From Nitrosopumilus sp. (GTDB taxonomy: Archaea; Thermoproteota; Nitrososphaeria; Nitrososphaerales; Nitrosopumilaceae), in the NCBI GenBank assembly GCA_965223425.1, contig OZ245003.1, positions 352,001 through 416,000 on the forward strand: a DNA stretch of 64,000 nucleotides. Direction: 5' to 3'. The notes below the pieces were generated by a model. That model was not told where the DNA came from, did no database searches, and worked only from the letters and a program-made list of their open reading frames with translations. This document shows, piece after piece, positions 50,884 to 61,805 of this stretch (positions are counted from its first letter, which is position 1; each line of letters begins with the position of its first letter). The position numbers and the translations under genes were made by a program.

Positions 50884-51801
50884 ATGAAACTTCCACTTTC
50901 AAAATATGTCTGGTTTGATGGAAAGTATGTTCTTACAAGCAAGGCTCAAGTTCCAATAACCACTCATGCAATTCATTATGGAACATCAATCTTTGAGGGA
51001 ATAAGGGCGTATTGGAATGGAAAAAACCTCCATGTGTTTAGATTAGACGAGCATGTAAAACGATTTAGAAGATCAGGCAAATTTTACAACATCTCACTTA
51101 ATTTTTCAGACAAGGTTATCACTAATGCAATTACCGGAATCTGTAAAAAAAATAATATTAAAAAATCATGCTATATCAGACCATTTTATTTTGTCGGAGA
51201 TTATGGAATCAATCTACATGTAACAGAAAAGGCACCAACTAATGTTGTAATTTTTACATTTCCTTTTGGAAACTTGTTTAACAAAAATGGAATTTCAGCA
51301 GGAGTTGTATCGTGGAGAAAATTCTCAGATCTGTCTACTCCATCACAAGCAAAAATGGGTGGAAACTATCTAAACTCCATTATTGCAACGCAAGAAGCAA
51401 AAAGAAATGGTGTTGATGAGGCAATTATGCTTGATCATAACGGAAATGTCAGCGAAGCACCAGGGGAAAACATCTTCATTGTAAGAGATGGGCAACTAGT
51501 AACTCCATCGCTGGCATCCTCAGCACTTGAAGGAATTACCCGTGATGCAGTAATCAAAATTGCAATGGATTTGGATATTGACGTAGTCGAGAGATGCATT
51601 GCTAGAAGCGAACTAACAATATCTGATGAGATTTTCCTGTCAGGAACAGCGGCTGAAATTACTCCTATCACATCAGTGGATTTACAAAAGATTGGTAGTG
51701 GCAAACCAGGCGATATAACAAATAAGATGATGCAAGAGTATACAGACATAGTAATGAAGAAAAACGACAACTATTCTCATTGGTTAACTGCGGTGTATTA
51801 G
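50884..51801 (+). CDS. ilvE: Branched-chain amino acid aminotransferase
   Basis: HYGTSIFEGIRAY, AKMGGNY, LEGITR and GTAAEITP motifs. Confidence 0.93.
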   Translation: MKLPLSKYVWFDGKYVLTSKAQVPITTHAIHYGTSIFEGIRAYWNGKNLHVFRLDEHVKRFRRSGKFYNISLNFSDKVITNAITGICKKNNIKKSCYIRPFYFVGDYGINLHVTEKAPTNVVIFTFPFGNLFNKNGISAGVVSWRKFSDLSTPSQAKMGGNYLNSIIATQEAKRNGVDEAIMLDHNGNVSEAPGENIFIVRDGQLVTPSLASSALEGITRDAVIKIAMDLDIDVVERCIARSELTISDEIFLSGTAAEITPITSVDLQKIGSGKPGDITNKMMQEYTDIVMKKNDNYSHWLTAVY

Positions 51802-52737
51802 ATGAAAATTGTTCAAATTGGAACTGGAGGATGGGGTAAAAACCATGCCAGAGTTTTATCAGAATTAGGGGTACTATCTGCTGTATGCGATGCGGACAGT
51901 CAAAGGAGTAAAGAATATGGAGAAAAATATTCTGTAAATCATTATGAATCATTAGATGAATTATTAGGTTCGGAAGAATTTGATGGAGCGTTTGTAGTAA
52001 CGCCAACATCAACTCACACAGAAATTGCAACAAAGTTGTTAGAGACAAAAAAACATGTTTTCATAGAAAAGCCAATTACATACAAATCAGAAGAGGGTGA
52101 AAAACTCGCTAAACTTGCAGAAAAAAATAAAGTAATTCTAACATGTGGGTATGTTGAGAGATTTAATCCGGCAGTAAATGTTGTAAAAAAGTTTGTCAAT
52201 GAAAAGAAATTCGGTGACTTGATGATGCTGGAATTTTATCGAGAAAACAGAGTGTCTCTTCATATCAAAGATGCTGGAATTATTCATGATACTTCGGTTT
52301 GTGATATCGATACTGCGAATTGGTTGTTTGCCGATATGCCTCATGTAGTATTTGCAAGAGCGGGAAAAATAAAGCATGAACATGAGGACTTTGCAAGCAT
52401 TATGCTAGGATACAAAAATGACAGGATTGCAATTATTTCCTCAAACTGGATTACACCAAAAAAAATCAGAAAATTCAATGCAGTGTGTACTGATGCTATA
52501 ATTTCATCGGATTTTATCACTCAGGAAGTTATTGCAGGAAAAAACAATGAATCTGAATCTATTCAAAATGAAAAACAAGAGCCATTATTATTAGAAATTC
52601 AAAGTTTTCTAGGTGCAATTGAAGGTAAGAACGAACTAGTAGTCAAATCACAAGAAGCAGTCAACGTTACAAAGATTGCCGAAGCTGCACTTTTATCTAG
52701 CCAAAAAGGAGTCCCAATCTATCTAGATCTAAAATGA
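51802..52737 (+). CDS. Gfo/Idh/MocA oxidoreductase
   Basis: GTGGWGKNH, EKP and ERFNP motifs. Confidence 0.9.
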   Translation: MKIVQIGTGGWGKNHARVLSELGVLSAVCDADSQRSKEYGEKYSVNHYESLDELLGSEEFDGAFVVTPTSTHTEIATKLLETKKHVFIEKPITYKSEEGEKLAKLAEKNKVILTCGYVERFNPAVNVVKKFVNEKKFGDLMMLEFYRENRVSLHIKDAGIIHDTSVCDIDTANWLFADMPHVVFARAGKIKHEHEDFASIMLGYKNDRIAIISSNWITPKKIRKFNAVCTDAIISSDFITQEVIAGKNNESESIQNEKQEPLLLEIQSFLGAIEGKNELVVKSQEAVNVTKIAEAALLSSQKGVPIYLDLK

Positions 52738-53003
52738 ACAAAACAATGATGGACATCTTGGCGTGTCCAATTGATAAAAATCATCCTCTGGAACTATTTG
52801 AGATAAATGAAAAGGATAATGCAGTGTCTGAAGGGGCATTATTCTGCCCAAAATGTTCTAGATTTTATCCGATTATTGAGGAAATTCCAATAATGCTTCC
52901 TGATGAATTAAGAGACAAAAAACAAGAGTTGGAATTTCTAAAAACCAACAGGGATAAACTGCCTGAAAAAATTATTACAAAGGCAAACCCATGGCACCTG
53001 TGA
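52734..53003 (+). CDS. Trm112-family protein
   Basis: ILACPIDK...LFCPKC.R.YPI...IPIML. Confidence 0.9.
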   Translation: MNKTMMDILACPIDKNHPLELFEINEKDNAVSEGALFCPKCSRFYPIIEEIPIMLPDELRDKKQELEFLKTNRDKLPEKIITKANPWHL

Positions 53004-53007
53004 CATA

Positions 53008-53484
53008 ATGGTTACAAATTTTATTTCTGAGAAAGCAAAAATTGGACAAAATGTTCAGATTTGGCATTTTTCATATGTTGGAGACGATGTAGAGATTGGA
53101 GACAATGTCAAGATTGGATCCCTTGCACATGTTGATTACGATGTAAAGATTGGTGAAAATACAAAGATAGAAGGTCAAGCATACATTCCACCACTGTCTA
53201 GGATTGGAAAAAATGTTCTCATTGGTCCAGCAGCTGCACTAACAAACGATCCTTATCCCATGTGTGACAAAATGATGGGAGTTACAATTGAAGACAATGC
53301 CATAATCGGAGCACGTGCAGTAATCCAAGCAGGAGTTACTGTAGGAAAAAATAGCGTTGTGGCAATGGGTGCAGTTGTAACAAGAGACGTTCCAGAAAAC
53401 TCTGTTGTTGTTGGCTCTCCAGCTACAATAAGATACACCAGAGCAGAATACGACAAGAAGCAAAAAGAATGGAAGGAAAGTTAG
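53008..53484 (+). CDS. Hexapeptide-repeat acetyltransferase (WbpD-like)
   Basis: Left-handed beta-helix repeats; IWHF, TND and VVTRDVP motifs. Confidence 0.9.
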   Translation: MVTNFISEKAKIGQNVQIWHFSYVGDDVEIGDNVKIGSLAHVDYDVKIGENTKIEGQAYIPPLSRIGKNVLIGPAAALTNDPYPMCDKMMGVTIEDNAIIGARAVIQAGVTVGKNSVVAMGAVVTRDVPENSVVVGSPATIRYTRAEYDKKQKEWKES

Positions 53485-53885
53485 GATTTTATCTCTTTTC
53501 TGAAAATCCAGTTTTTTAATTTAGACAAAACTAAAATCCACATTACAACTAGAACAATTGCAACCACTGCTTTGATTACATAACCAACAAACCAATCAAG
53601 TTCACCAAAGCCAGTAATCGAAATTGGTCCCAGTATTGTGACAACAATTCCACCTCCAGCAAGTATCAAAATCCATTGCAAACAAAAATACAAAAAGACT
53701 AGACCTCAAAGAGAAACCCCACATATCCGCCGGGTCTGGCAAACCATTACATCGCCTTTTTTGTTCATGTCTTTTACTGTAAGATTTCTTTTTTTGAGAA
53801 ATACGATCAGGGGCGGAGTTGATAGAAATACAACAAAAAATGCGACTAGGCAAGAAGCTATTGCTGGAAGTACTAATTCAATCAA
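53481..53885 (-). pseudogene. Decayed AglH/MraY-like gene (53706..53885) and frameshifted small TM partner (53481..53709)
   Basis: LIELVLPAIASCLVAFFVVFLSTPPLI...DMNKKGDVMV, then +1 nt, ARPGG, then joined almost directly to C-terminal GVSL*; partner has a 2-nt loss at M-W. Confidence 0.85.
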
Positions 53886-56012
53886 CTATCTAACCTTCCG
53901 TAATTCGGACTTTATGTTATCTGCAAGGGTTGAACCAATTTTATCTATCTCTGCTAATTTATTCACTGGAATCTTTGCCAAATCATCTAGATTCTTAATT
54001 TTGTGTTTGTAGAGGATCCTGGCCCTAACTCGTCCAATCCCTTTGACTCTAACAAGTTCCAATAATTCCTCTCTAATTCCATAAACGATTCTTTTTCTTA
54101 GATTATCAAGATCCTCAAGCAAATCAGCTCTCTCAATGTGCCTTGAAATCTCCCTGAGACAATATGAAAGCCAATTTGCCGTTTCTGCCATCCTGTGCAT
54201 GTCTCCGGACTCGATTCCGAGGCCATCGGAGAGGGACAATTCTGTGGATTCAGTCACCCAAGCATGCAAAGCCAAAAGACTGCGTGAGCAATCATACTCT
54301 GAGATTGGCTCGAGCAACTCTGAGGAGTTATTTTCTATCAAAAGGCTTGCAGATTCATAGTCCCTTTGCCGAAGCGAGAATTTGGGGAAAAACTCCTCAC
54401 AGTTTGAAATCAGATGGAGATATCCAAACGTGTGTTTTCTTCCTTGGGATGCATTTTTAATTGCATCCCTAAAGTGTGTTGCAGTTAACGGATCAATGTA
54501 CAGTACTGATGTCTTTTTTCCAAATTCAGTAGCAGCATATCTCTCACCTTTTTTGACTATCAGGCATTCACTTGAAAGAAAACGCAGCGAGATATCAATT
54601 GCAAATTTTATTGTGGGTTTTCTTGATTGCAGTCCTCCCAATGTCTGCAAAAAGAATTCCAGGATCTCACCTTTTTTGATTCCAGGATTTGTGGCTACGA
54701 CGCTGAGTACGTGAGTACGTAAGGACTTGTCGTCTGCTATCTTGGAAACTATTGGTTCTGGCTCCCCATTAACGTAGTGATCAATTAGATCTTCAGCGTT
54801 TCCGTTTCCAACAATTATTGATTCACCGTAATCATCAAACTGTGGCCTTCCAGCCCTGCCACAGAGTTGCTTATACTCTAAGATGCTAATCGGTCTGTTT
54901 GCCCCAACTTTGGCGTTATACCTGTTAACATTTGAAATTACAACCCTTCTTGCAGGTAGATTCACCCCTGCAGCCAGAGTTGGCGTAGATGACAGTAGCT
55001 TTATTGATCCCTTGCGAAATTCTGTCTCTATTGTTTCCCTGCAGTTTTGATTTAACCCTGCATGGTGAAATGCAACTCCTTTTTTTACAAGAACTGCCAA
55101 TGTTTTGATTAACTCTGTATGCTCATTTTCAGATAGGAGTTTTTTTGAAGTTTTTGCCAACTCTTTCAAATCTTTTTTTTCTAAAATTTGAGAGATAGCG
55201 TCTGCTGCTTTTGTTGCAAGGGATTTTGAGCGAGTTCTAGTCTCTGCAAACACTAGGGACTGACCTCCGTCTTTTACTGACTGCACGCCTAAATCAATAG
55301 GAGTTCCACGTATACTGCGCTTGATCTCAAAGGTTTTACCATCATTCATGGTAACCTTGCCTGCATCACACACTCCTTCAGATAACGGAACTGGCCTCCA
55401 GTCGTTTTTTACCAGACTGCAATCAAGCCAATCTGCAATCTTGTCTGAATTTGTGATTGTAGCACTGAGACCTACAATCTGCGGCTTTGGTTTTAATAGT
55501 TTCAGTTGCGTAAGAATCATCTCAAGTGTCGGGCCGCGATTTTCATCTCCAATCAAATGAACTTCATCGGCAATTACAAGTCCGATCTCTTCAATCCATT
55601 CAGCACCGTGCCGAATAATAGAATCCATTTTTTCATTAGTTAAAATTAATACATTGTTTTTTTCCAGCTTCTTTTCCAGATTTTCAAAATCCCCAATAGA
55701 GATACCAACTTTTACTTTTTTTCCGATAGCGACTTTTTCTAACTTTTTAAACTCTGAGAATTTTTCAGCAGCTAGTGCACGTAACGGACTGAGATAGATT
55801 ACCCTGCCATTGTTTTTAGAAAGATAGTTAATCATGCCAAGCATCGCAATCAAAGTCTTTCCGCTTGCAGTAGGAGAAGAAACTAGAATGCTTTTTCCAT
55901 CTAATAGTCCAGATTTTACGCTATCTGCCTGCGGAGGATATAATTTCTCAAATCCTTGTGATTGTAAAAACTCGATTGCAGAATCAGGAATGTCTAATTT
56001 CTCTATTTTCAT
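53886..56012 (-). CDS. hel308: Hel308/Ski2-like helicase
   Basis: PTASGKT, DEVH, AFHHAGL, GRAGRP motifs and HhH. Confidence 0.93.
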   Translation of the reverse strand: MKIEKLDIPDSAIEFLQSQGFEKLYPPQADSVKSGLLDGKSILVSSPTASGKTLIAMLGMINYLSKNNGRVIYLSPLRALAAEKFSEFKKLEKVAIGKKVKVGISIGDFENLEKKLEKNNVLILTNEKMDSIIRHGAEWIEEIGLVIADEVHLIGDENRGPTLEMILTQLKLLKPKPQIVGLSATITNSDKIADWLDCSLVKNDWRPVPLSEGVCDAGKVTMNDGKTFEIKRSIRGTPIDLGVQSVKDGGQSLVFAETRTRSKSLATKAADAISQILEKKDLKELAKTSKKLLSENEHTELIKTLAVLVKKGVAFHHAGLNQNCRETIETEFRKGSIKLLSSTPTLAAGVNLPARRVVISNVNRYNAKVGANRPISILEYKQLCGRAGRPQFDDYGESIIVGNGNAEDLIDHYVNGEPEPIVSKIADDKSLRTHVLSVVATNPGIKKGEILEFFLQTLGGLQSRKPTIKFAIDISLRFLSSECLIVKKGERYAATEFGKKTSVLYIDPLTATHFRDAIKNASQGRKHTFGYLHLISNCEEFFPKFSLRQRDYESASLLIENNSSELLEPISEYDCSRSLLALHAWVTESTELSLSDGLGIESGDMHRMAETANWLSYCLREISRHIERADLLEDLDNLRKRIVYGIREELLELVRVKGIGRVRARILYKHKIKNLDDLAKIPVNKLAEIDKIGSTLADNIKSELRKVR

Positions 56013-58096
56013 ACTCGGTTATAATGACCGGGTTTTGATTCATAAATAGATGCTTCTCTGAGCATTCTTCTGATATAGTTTCTTGCCTCCTCTTCAGTGA
56101 ATTTTTCAGTCTTTTCAAGTTCTTTTACAAACGTCCTCTCCTCAACTGCCACCTTGTTGTCCCCTTCAAGGCTCTTGAGTACATCCATGAATAACTGCAT
56201 CTTTGAGACCTCGCTTCTTGGCTTTCCTTGCAGTACTCCAAGGTCTACCTTTCCAGTATTGACATCAACTCCTGCATTTTGTAGCATGTTCTGAATAAGG
56301 AAGATTGCACGCTCGGCATCCTCTTCTTCAACCCTGTCTTTCATGAGCAGCCTTGCCCTGGCAGTTGAGAGTCTGATAATTCCCTCCAGCTGTCTTGGTG
56401 TAACTGTAATCATCTCTTCGGATTCCACGTTTCTCATCTGGAGATAGTAATCAAGGATTTTTTCTTCTGCTTCTTTTGTCAAGTCAGGAGTTCCACGTTT
56501 TGCATATGCAAGATACTTTGTTAGCAAGTCAACGTCAATCACAGAGCGTTGGTCGGTTCCTTGCGGAGTATGCAACTCAATAATGTGTCTTGCAATCCTT
56601 TCATCTTTTTCCTTAGTTGGAATATCCCTTACAACAAATATCAAGTCAAATCTTGTAAGCAGTGGAATTGGCAAGTTTACGTTTTCTGTAATGTTTTTGA
56701 AAGGATCATATTTTCCGTACATTGGGTTTGCAGCAGCTAAAATTGAGGTTCTAGCGTTTAATGTAGCTACAATACCGCCTTTTGCAATACTTGCAGATTG
56801 CTGCTCCATGACTTCGTGCAATGCACTTCTGTCTTCTGGTTTCATCTTGTCAAATTCGTCTATACTTACTAGTCCCTGGTCTCCAAGCACAACAGCACCA
56901 GCTTCCAACATCATGATTCCGGTTTTGTCTTTAACAACAGCGGCTGTAAGTCCTGCAGCAGTAGAGCCCCTGCCAGATGTGTACAGTCCTCTTGGTGCAA
57001 TTCTTGCACAGAACTTTAACATCTCAGATTTTGCAGTACCGGGATCCCCCACCAGAAACACGTTAATGTCTCCTCTAATCTTACTTCCATCACCTAGCAG
57101 TCTTTGATTTGAACCAACAATTAGTAACAAAATGGCTTCTTTGATCAGTGATTGACCTTGAATGTGCGGAGCAAATGAATCAATCAATCTTTGATACACG
57201 TCATGACTGTTACCTAGTGCATGAATCAGTTTTTCTTCCTCAGGTGAGATTTCCTCTCTTTCTATTTTTCTTGATGTCTTGGCGCCACGCCCGCCTAAGA
57301 ATTCAATGTTGTTTCCCTCAATTCTTAATCTGTATAATCCACTATGGCCACGCTGAACTCCTGAAACGGATTCTTGCTCAATTCTGACTATGCCTGTAAG
57401 GATGATTCTGTCTCCTGGACGTGCATTGTCGACTAAATCCTGCCTAATTGTGACATCAATGTAGTGGGGAAGTTGTCCTGGGGGTAAATCCTCGGGAAGC
57501 TCCTGTAATCTGAGAATCTGAAAATCGATAAACTTGCTTGCTTCTGGTTTTAGCTCAAAGTCTCTATGTTTACAGTTTGGGTTATCACACACTACTGGAA
57601 TTTTTACATCCATTCCCTTTAGCTGATATACCTTGGTTGGATGCTCATCAGGACATACAAAGACTAGTTCTTTTGCAAGTGGTTTTACCTCTGATGCTCT
57701 AACCACCATTCCTGAAACACTGGTAATTCTTCCAATGGTTTCAGCATTGATTTGTCTGAGACTTCGCTCAAGTGGATAGTTTACTAGTCTGACACGAACC
57801 TCGTCTTTTATCTTCTCAGCGTAATCAGGAAATCTTGTTTGCAATGCTTCTTTGATTGCCCTTGAGAACGCATCAAATATTCTATCGGGATTTTCAGAAA
57901 AGATTGTCTCAATTTCTGGCTCGTACACCAAGTCATTGTAATCAACGATGATGTATTTTGCATTCTTTGGCATCATCTCATCGATTGCCTCTACGTACTT
58001 GTAGCTGCCAGACTTGTCTTTGAATCGAGTTAAGAATTCTTTTACCCTGTCTGATAATGCGGAATCTGTAAATGTACTAGTCTGAACTTTGCTCAT
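56009..58096 (-). CDS. mcm: Replicative helicase MCM
   Basis: GDPGTAKS, IDEFDKM and LLTRFD motifs. Confidence 0.97.
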   Translation of the reverse strand: MSKVQTSTFTDSALSDRVKEFLTRFKDKSGSYKYVEAIDEMMPKNAKYIIVDYNDLVYEPEIETIFSENPDRIFDAFSRAIKEALQTRFPDYAEKIKDEVRVRLVNYPLERSLRQINAETIGRITSVSGMVVRASEVKPLAKELVFVCPDEHPTKVYQLKGMDVKIPVVCDNPNCKHRDFELKPEASKFIDFQILRLQELPEDLPPGQLPHYIDVTIRQDLVDNARPGDRIILTGIVRIEQESVSGVQRGHSGLYRLRIEGNNIEFLGGRGAKTSRKIEREEISPEEEKLIHALGNSHDVYQRLIDSFAPHIQGQSLIKEAILLLIVGSNQRLLGDGSKIRGDINVFLVGDPGTAKSEMLKFCARIAPRGLYTSGRGSTAAGLTAAVVKDKTGIMMLEAGAVVLGDQGLVSIDEFDKMKPEDRSALHEVMEQQSASIAKGGIVATLNARTSILAAANPMYGKYDPFKNITENVNLPIPLLTRFDLIFVVRDIPTKEKDERIARHIIELHTPQGTDQRSVIDVDLLTKYLAYAKRGTPDLTKEAEEKILDYYLQMRNVESEEMITVTPRQLEGIIRLSTARARLLMKDRVEEEDAERAIFLIQNMLQNAGVDVNTGKVDLGVLQGKPRSEVSKMQLFMDVLKSLEGDNKVAVEERTFVKELEKTEKFTEEEARNYIRRMLREASIYESKPGHYNRV

Positions 58097-58607
58097 CGGT
58101 GTCTCCTCTTATTTGCTTTTCAAACTCTACGCTATTCTCATGGATGGTTTTGTAAAAGACGTTTTCTTCAACAGTTAGTTTGTTGTAGAGTTCAGAATTT
58201 AGTTTAATGGAATCTGCTATCTTTACTAGCTTGCCCCGTCTCATTCTAAATAATTCTAGCATGATGCTTTCAACTTTATCAAAGTCATGTTGATTCAACT
58301 CCTTCATGGATTCTTTTAGTTTGATGTAAAAGTGAGGCTCTAGTGTTGAGATTTGGTATTCACCAACCATCTTCTCTTTGGATAGTGCTTGTTTTAGTTC
58401 AGTAATCATATCTGGAGAATCCACTGCTGCCAAGTTGTTATCAGAGAGAATCTTTCCAACCCACTGAGGCATGTTGTTTACATCACCCTGCTTGCCTTCA
58501 GTCTTGATTCCTGCCACATTGAATTTAAAATCCTGATTAACTGTAACCTTAGTATCCTTTAGGCGGTTTCCAATCGAGTGTACTTTTTCTACGTTATCTG
58601 TTTCCAT
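58077..58607 (-). CDS. GINS subunit (Gins23-like)
   Basis: Directly upstream of mcm; PQWVG, FYIK, MRRGK and LTVEE motifs. Confidence 0.85.
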   Translation of the reverse strand: METDNVEKVHSIGNRLKDTKVTVNQDFKFNVAGIKTEGKQGDVNNMPQWVGKILSDNNLAAVDSPDMITELKQALSKEKMVGEYQISTLEPHFYIKLKESMKELNQHDFDKVESIMLELFRMRRGKLVKIADSIKLNSELYNKLTVEENVFYKTIHENSVEFEKQIRGDTDEQSSD

Positions 58608-58777
58608 GCGAGATCTTCATCATCCTACGGATCCTCAAGAATCGGATCGATCAATTCTGTTAACAATTTAGTGAGATCAATTGATCCTAATTAATTTCAG
58701 GCTGATCGCTGGTAAATTATGGCACGGCTGAGTTTTAATTTGCAGTATATGATATAATAACCAATTCGGATTTATTA

Positions 58778-59752
58778 ATGGGAATTGAACCTAATGAATT
58801 CATGTCAGCATCAGGTATGTGGGTGGAAAAATATCGCCCAGCAAAACTCTCAGAGATTGTAAACCAGACTGAAATTATTGGCAGTCTTGAGGCGTTAATC
58901 AAGGATCCTACAGATATGCCTCACTTGTTGTTTTCAGGATCTGCAGGAGTTGGAAAGACAACTACAGCATTATGTCTTACAAGACAAGTTTTGGGAGATT
59001 ATTTTAAAGACTACACTTTAGAGCTAAATGCATCAGACGAGAGAGGAATTGGAATGGTCAGAGAAAAGGTAAAGAAATTCTCAAGATTTGCAGGGATGGC
59101 AGATGTCCCATTCAAGATTATAATTTTAGATGAAGCAGACGAGATGACATCAGATGCTCAAACCGCATTAAGACGAATCATAGAAGACGCTGCAAAAATT
59201 TGTCGATTTATTCTGATTGCAAACAATGTATCAAAAATTATTGAGCCCATCCAAAGCAGATGTGCTGCTTTCAAGTTCACATCAGTTCCTGAAGAGGATG
59301 TAGTTTCTAGACTAGAAGAGATTGCCAACAAAGAGAAAGTAAAAGCAGACAAGAAAGGCCTCAAGGCAATTTATGATTATTCAGAAGGAGATTTGAGGCA
59401 TGCCATAAATCTGATGCAGGCAACTGCAAGTCTTGGTGGAATCACCGAAGGGAACGTAAAGTCCTCAGCCGGTCTGACAAAAACCAGTGACGTTGGTGAT
59501 GTTCTAAAAATCGCACTGTCTGGAAAAGTACCAGAAGCAAGAGAGAAGATGATAGAGTTGATCAAAGTTTATGGAATGTCCGAATCTGACTTTCTCAAAT
59601 ATCTCAGTTCTGCCGTCTTCAAATCAAAATATGCCAAACTATCTGAAATTCTAAAAGTAATTGCAAAATATGATTATAGGATCCTAGTTGGAGCAAACTC
59701 TGAAATCCAGTTATCTGCAATGCTGGCAGAGATTGCAAATCTAGAAAATTAA
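58778..59752 (+). CDS. rfcS: Replication factor C small subunit
   Basis: WVEKYRP, GVGKTT, ELNASDERG, LDEAD and IQSRC motifs. Confidence 0.95.
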   Translation: MGIEPNEFMSASGMWVEKYRPAKLSEIVNQTEIIGSLEALIKDPTDMPHLLFSGSAGVGKTTTALCLTRQVLGDYFKDYTLELNASDERGIGMVREKVKKFSRFAGMADVPFKIIILDEADEMTSDAQTALRRIIEDAAKICRFILIANNVSKIIEPIQSRCAAFKFTSVPEEDVVSRLEEIANKEKVKADKKGLKAIYDYSEGDLRHAINLMQATASLGGITEGNVKSSAGLTKTSDVGDVLKIALSGKVPEAREKMIELIKVYGMSESDFLKYLSSAVFKSKYAKLSEILKVIAKYDYRILVGANSEIQLSAMLAEIANLEN

Positions 59753-59755
59753 AAA

Positions 59756-59839
59756 CGCAGAGAGAGGGATTTGAACCCCCGTATGCTTGCGCACACAGGC
59801 TCTCAAGGCCCGCGCCCTACCGAGCTAGGCGACCTCTGC
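59756..59839 (-). tRNA. tRNA-Ser(UGA)
   Basis: Anticodon loop CTTGAGA; long variable arm. Confidence 0.9.
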
Positions 59840-59912
59840 AAAAAGTAGAGCAAAAACGTGATTAAAATTTGTTGATATAAAATAGAAAAATAAGAAAAAA
59901 GAAAAAATTTCT

Positions 59913-60458
59913 TTAATCGTGTGCGTGTGGGTTGCCGCCGCCTTCCATTTTTACAAATGTGCCATCGGCTTTTTCATGCCATTCCAAGTTAGCCGCTTCA
60001 ATTCTAATTGCACCTTCAGGACAGATTTCTTGACATGCCATACAAACGGTACAATCATGTTCTCTGATTGGCTGTGATTTGTCTGTATAATCTAATCTTT
60101 CATCTTGTTCTGTTAGACCAGTACCATCAAAAGTCTCTCCCAAGCAGTCAGCTGCTGGAATATCTTTTTCGGTTCTGTACCATTGGAATGTTTGAACAGG
60201 GCATACACTAAAGCATGAACCTGCCGCAACGCATGAATCCCAATCGACTGCAACAGTAGTCCCATGAATTCCAAGAGGAACTTGTTTTTCTCCTCTTTCT
60301 TCATAAGCTGCTTTTACATCATCGTTTGAGAATGCTGCACCGTTTTTGTTACCTTTGCCCCAGATAAAGTGCTTGTTTTCACCATCGGAATGACTTGTCT
60401 TTCCTACCGGCTTTACGTCATTGTGACAAAAGTCTTCTGGTATTACTAGATCTACCAT
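59913..60458 (-). CDS. Dicluster ferredoxin
   Basis: CVAAGSCFSVCP and CTVCMACQEICP motifs. Confidence 0.9.
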   Translation of the reverse strand: MVDLVIPEDFCHNDVKPVGKTSHSDGENKHFIWGKGNKNGAAFSNDDVKAAYEERGEKQVPLGIHGTTVAVDWDSCVAAGSCFSVCPVQTFQWYRTEKDIPAADCLGETFDGTGLTEQDERLDYTDKSQPIREHDCTVCMACQEICPEGAIRIEAANLEWHEKADGTFVKMEGGGNPHAHD

Positions 60459-60519
60459 GATGACATTGTTTCCAAATATTATTTAAAGCTAGACAAAATT
60501 AGTCATGACTAAACTAATT

Positions 60520-61014
<495 letters not shown>

Positions 61015-61133
61015 TCAATTTCGATTTAGATATTATTTAAATCTAGACAGACAAGAGTAGGAACGTTTTATCATCTTGAGATCAATTACGAAGGAACAAT
61101 TTCCTTACGTTCATAAGCAATACACGATCAATT

Positions 61134-61805
61134 TTGGGAATGGATATTTTCAAATCCGATGTGTATAGGGGACCAAACCTTGGAGTATACATTAGAGTCA
61201 ATGATGAGAAGGTCCTAGTTCCAATGGGGTATGCTGAATCAAAAGCAGAAAAACTTGGAAAATATTTTGATGCAGATATCTTGTACACGTCAGTTGCAAA
61301 CACCAGACTAATTGGTGCATTATGTATTATGAACAACAAAGGAATACTGCTGCCAAAGACGGCTTACCAGAATGAATACGATTTGTTAAAAAAAGAGACA
61401 GGCTTGGAGGTTGGTGTTTTGGATTCAAAGTTTACTGCATTAGGAAATGTGATTTGTGCAAATGACAAGGGAGCAGTAGTGTCTCCGTGGCTTTCTTCTA
61501 GTGATTGCGATGCCGTTCAAGATGTTTTGGGAGTTGAAGTTATTCAGAAAAGAATTGCAGGATTTAATCAGACCGGAGTGGTTTTGGTTGCAAACAATTC
61601 GGGTGCTGCAGTTCATCCAGAAGCTGACGAGGAGGACATGAAGACTTTTGCCAATCTGCTAGGCGTAAAAATCGAGCAGAGCTCAATTAATAACGGAATT
61701 CCGTATGTCTCATCTGGGATTTTAGCAAATAATCACGCGCTAGTTGTGGGATCTTTAACTACAGGCCCTGAAATTATGATGCTGACTAGAGCTTTTCTAA
61801 ACTAA
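61134..61805 (+). CDS. eif6: Translation initiation factor 6 (aIF6)
   Basis: NLGVY, ALGNVICANDKGA and INNG.PYV.SG..AN motifs. Confidence 0.92.
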   Translation: MGMDIFKSDVYRGPNLGVYIRVNDEKVLVPMGYAESKAEKLGKYFDADILYTSVANTRLIGALCIMNNKGILLPKTAYQNEYDLLKKETGLEVGVLDSKFTALGNVICANDKGAVVSPWLSSSDCDAVQDVLGVEVIQKRIAGFNQTGVVLVANNSGAAVHPEADEEDMKTFANLLGVKIEQSSINNGIPYVSSGILANNHALVVGSLTTGPEIMMLTRAFLN

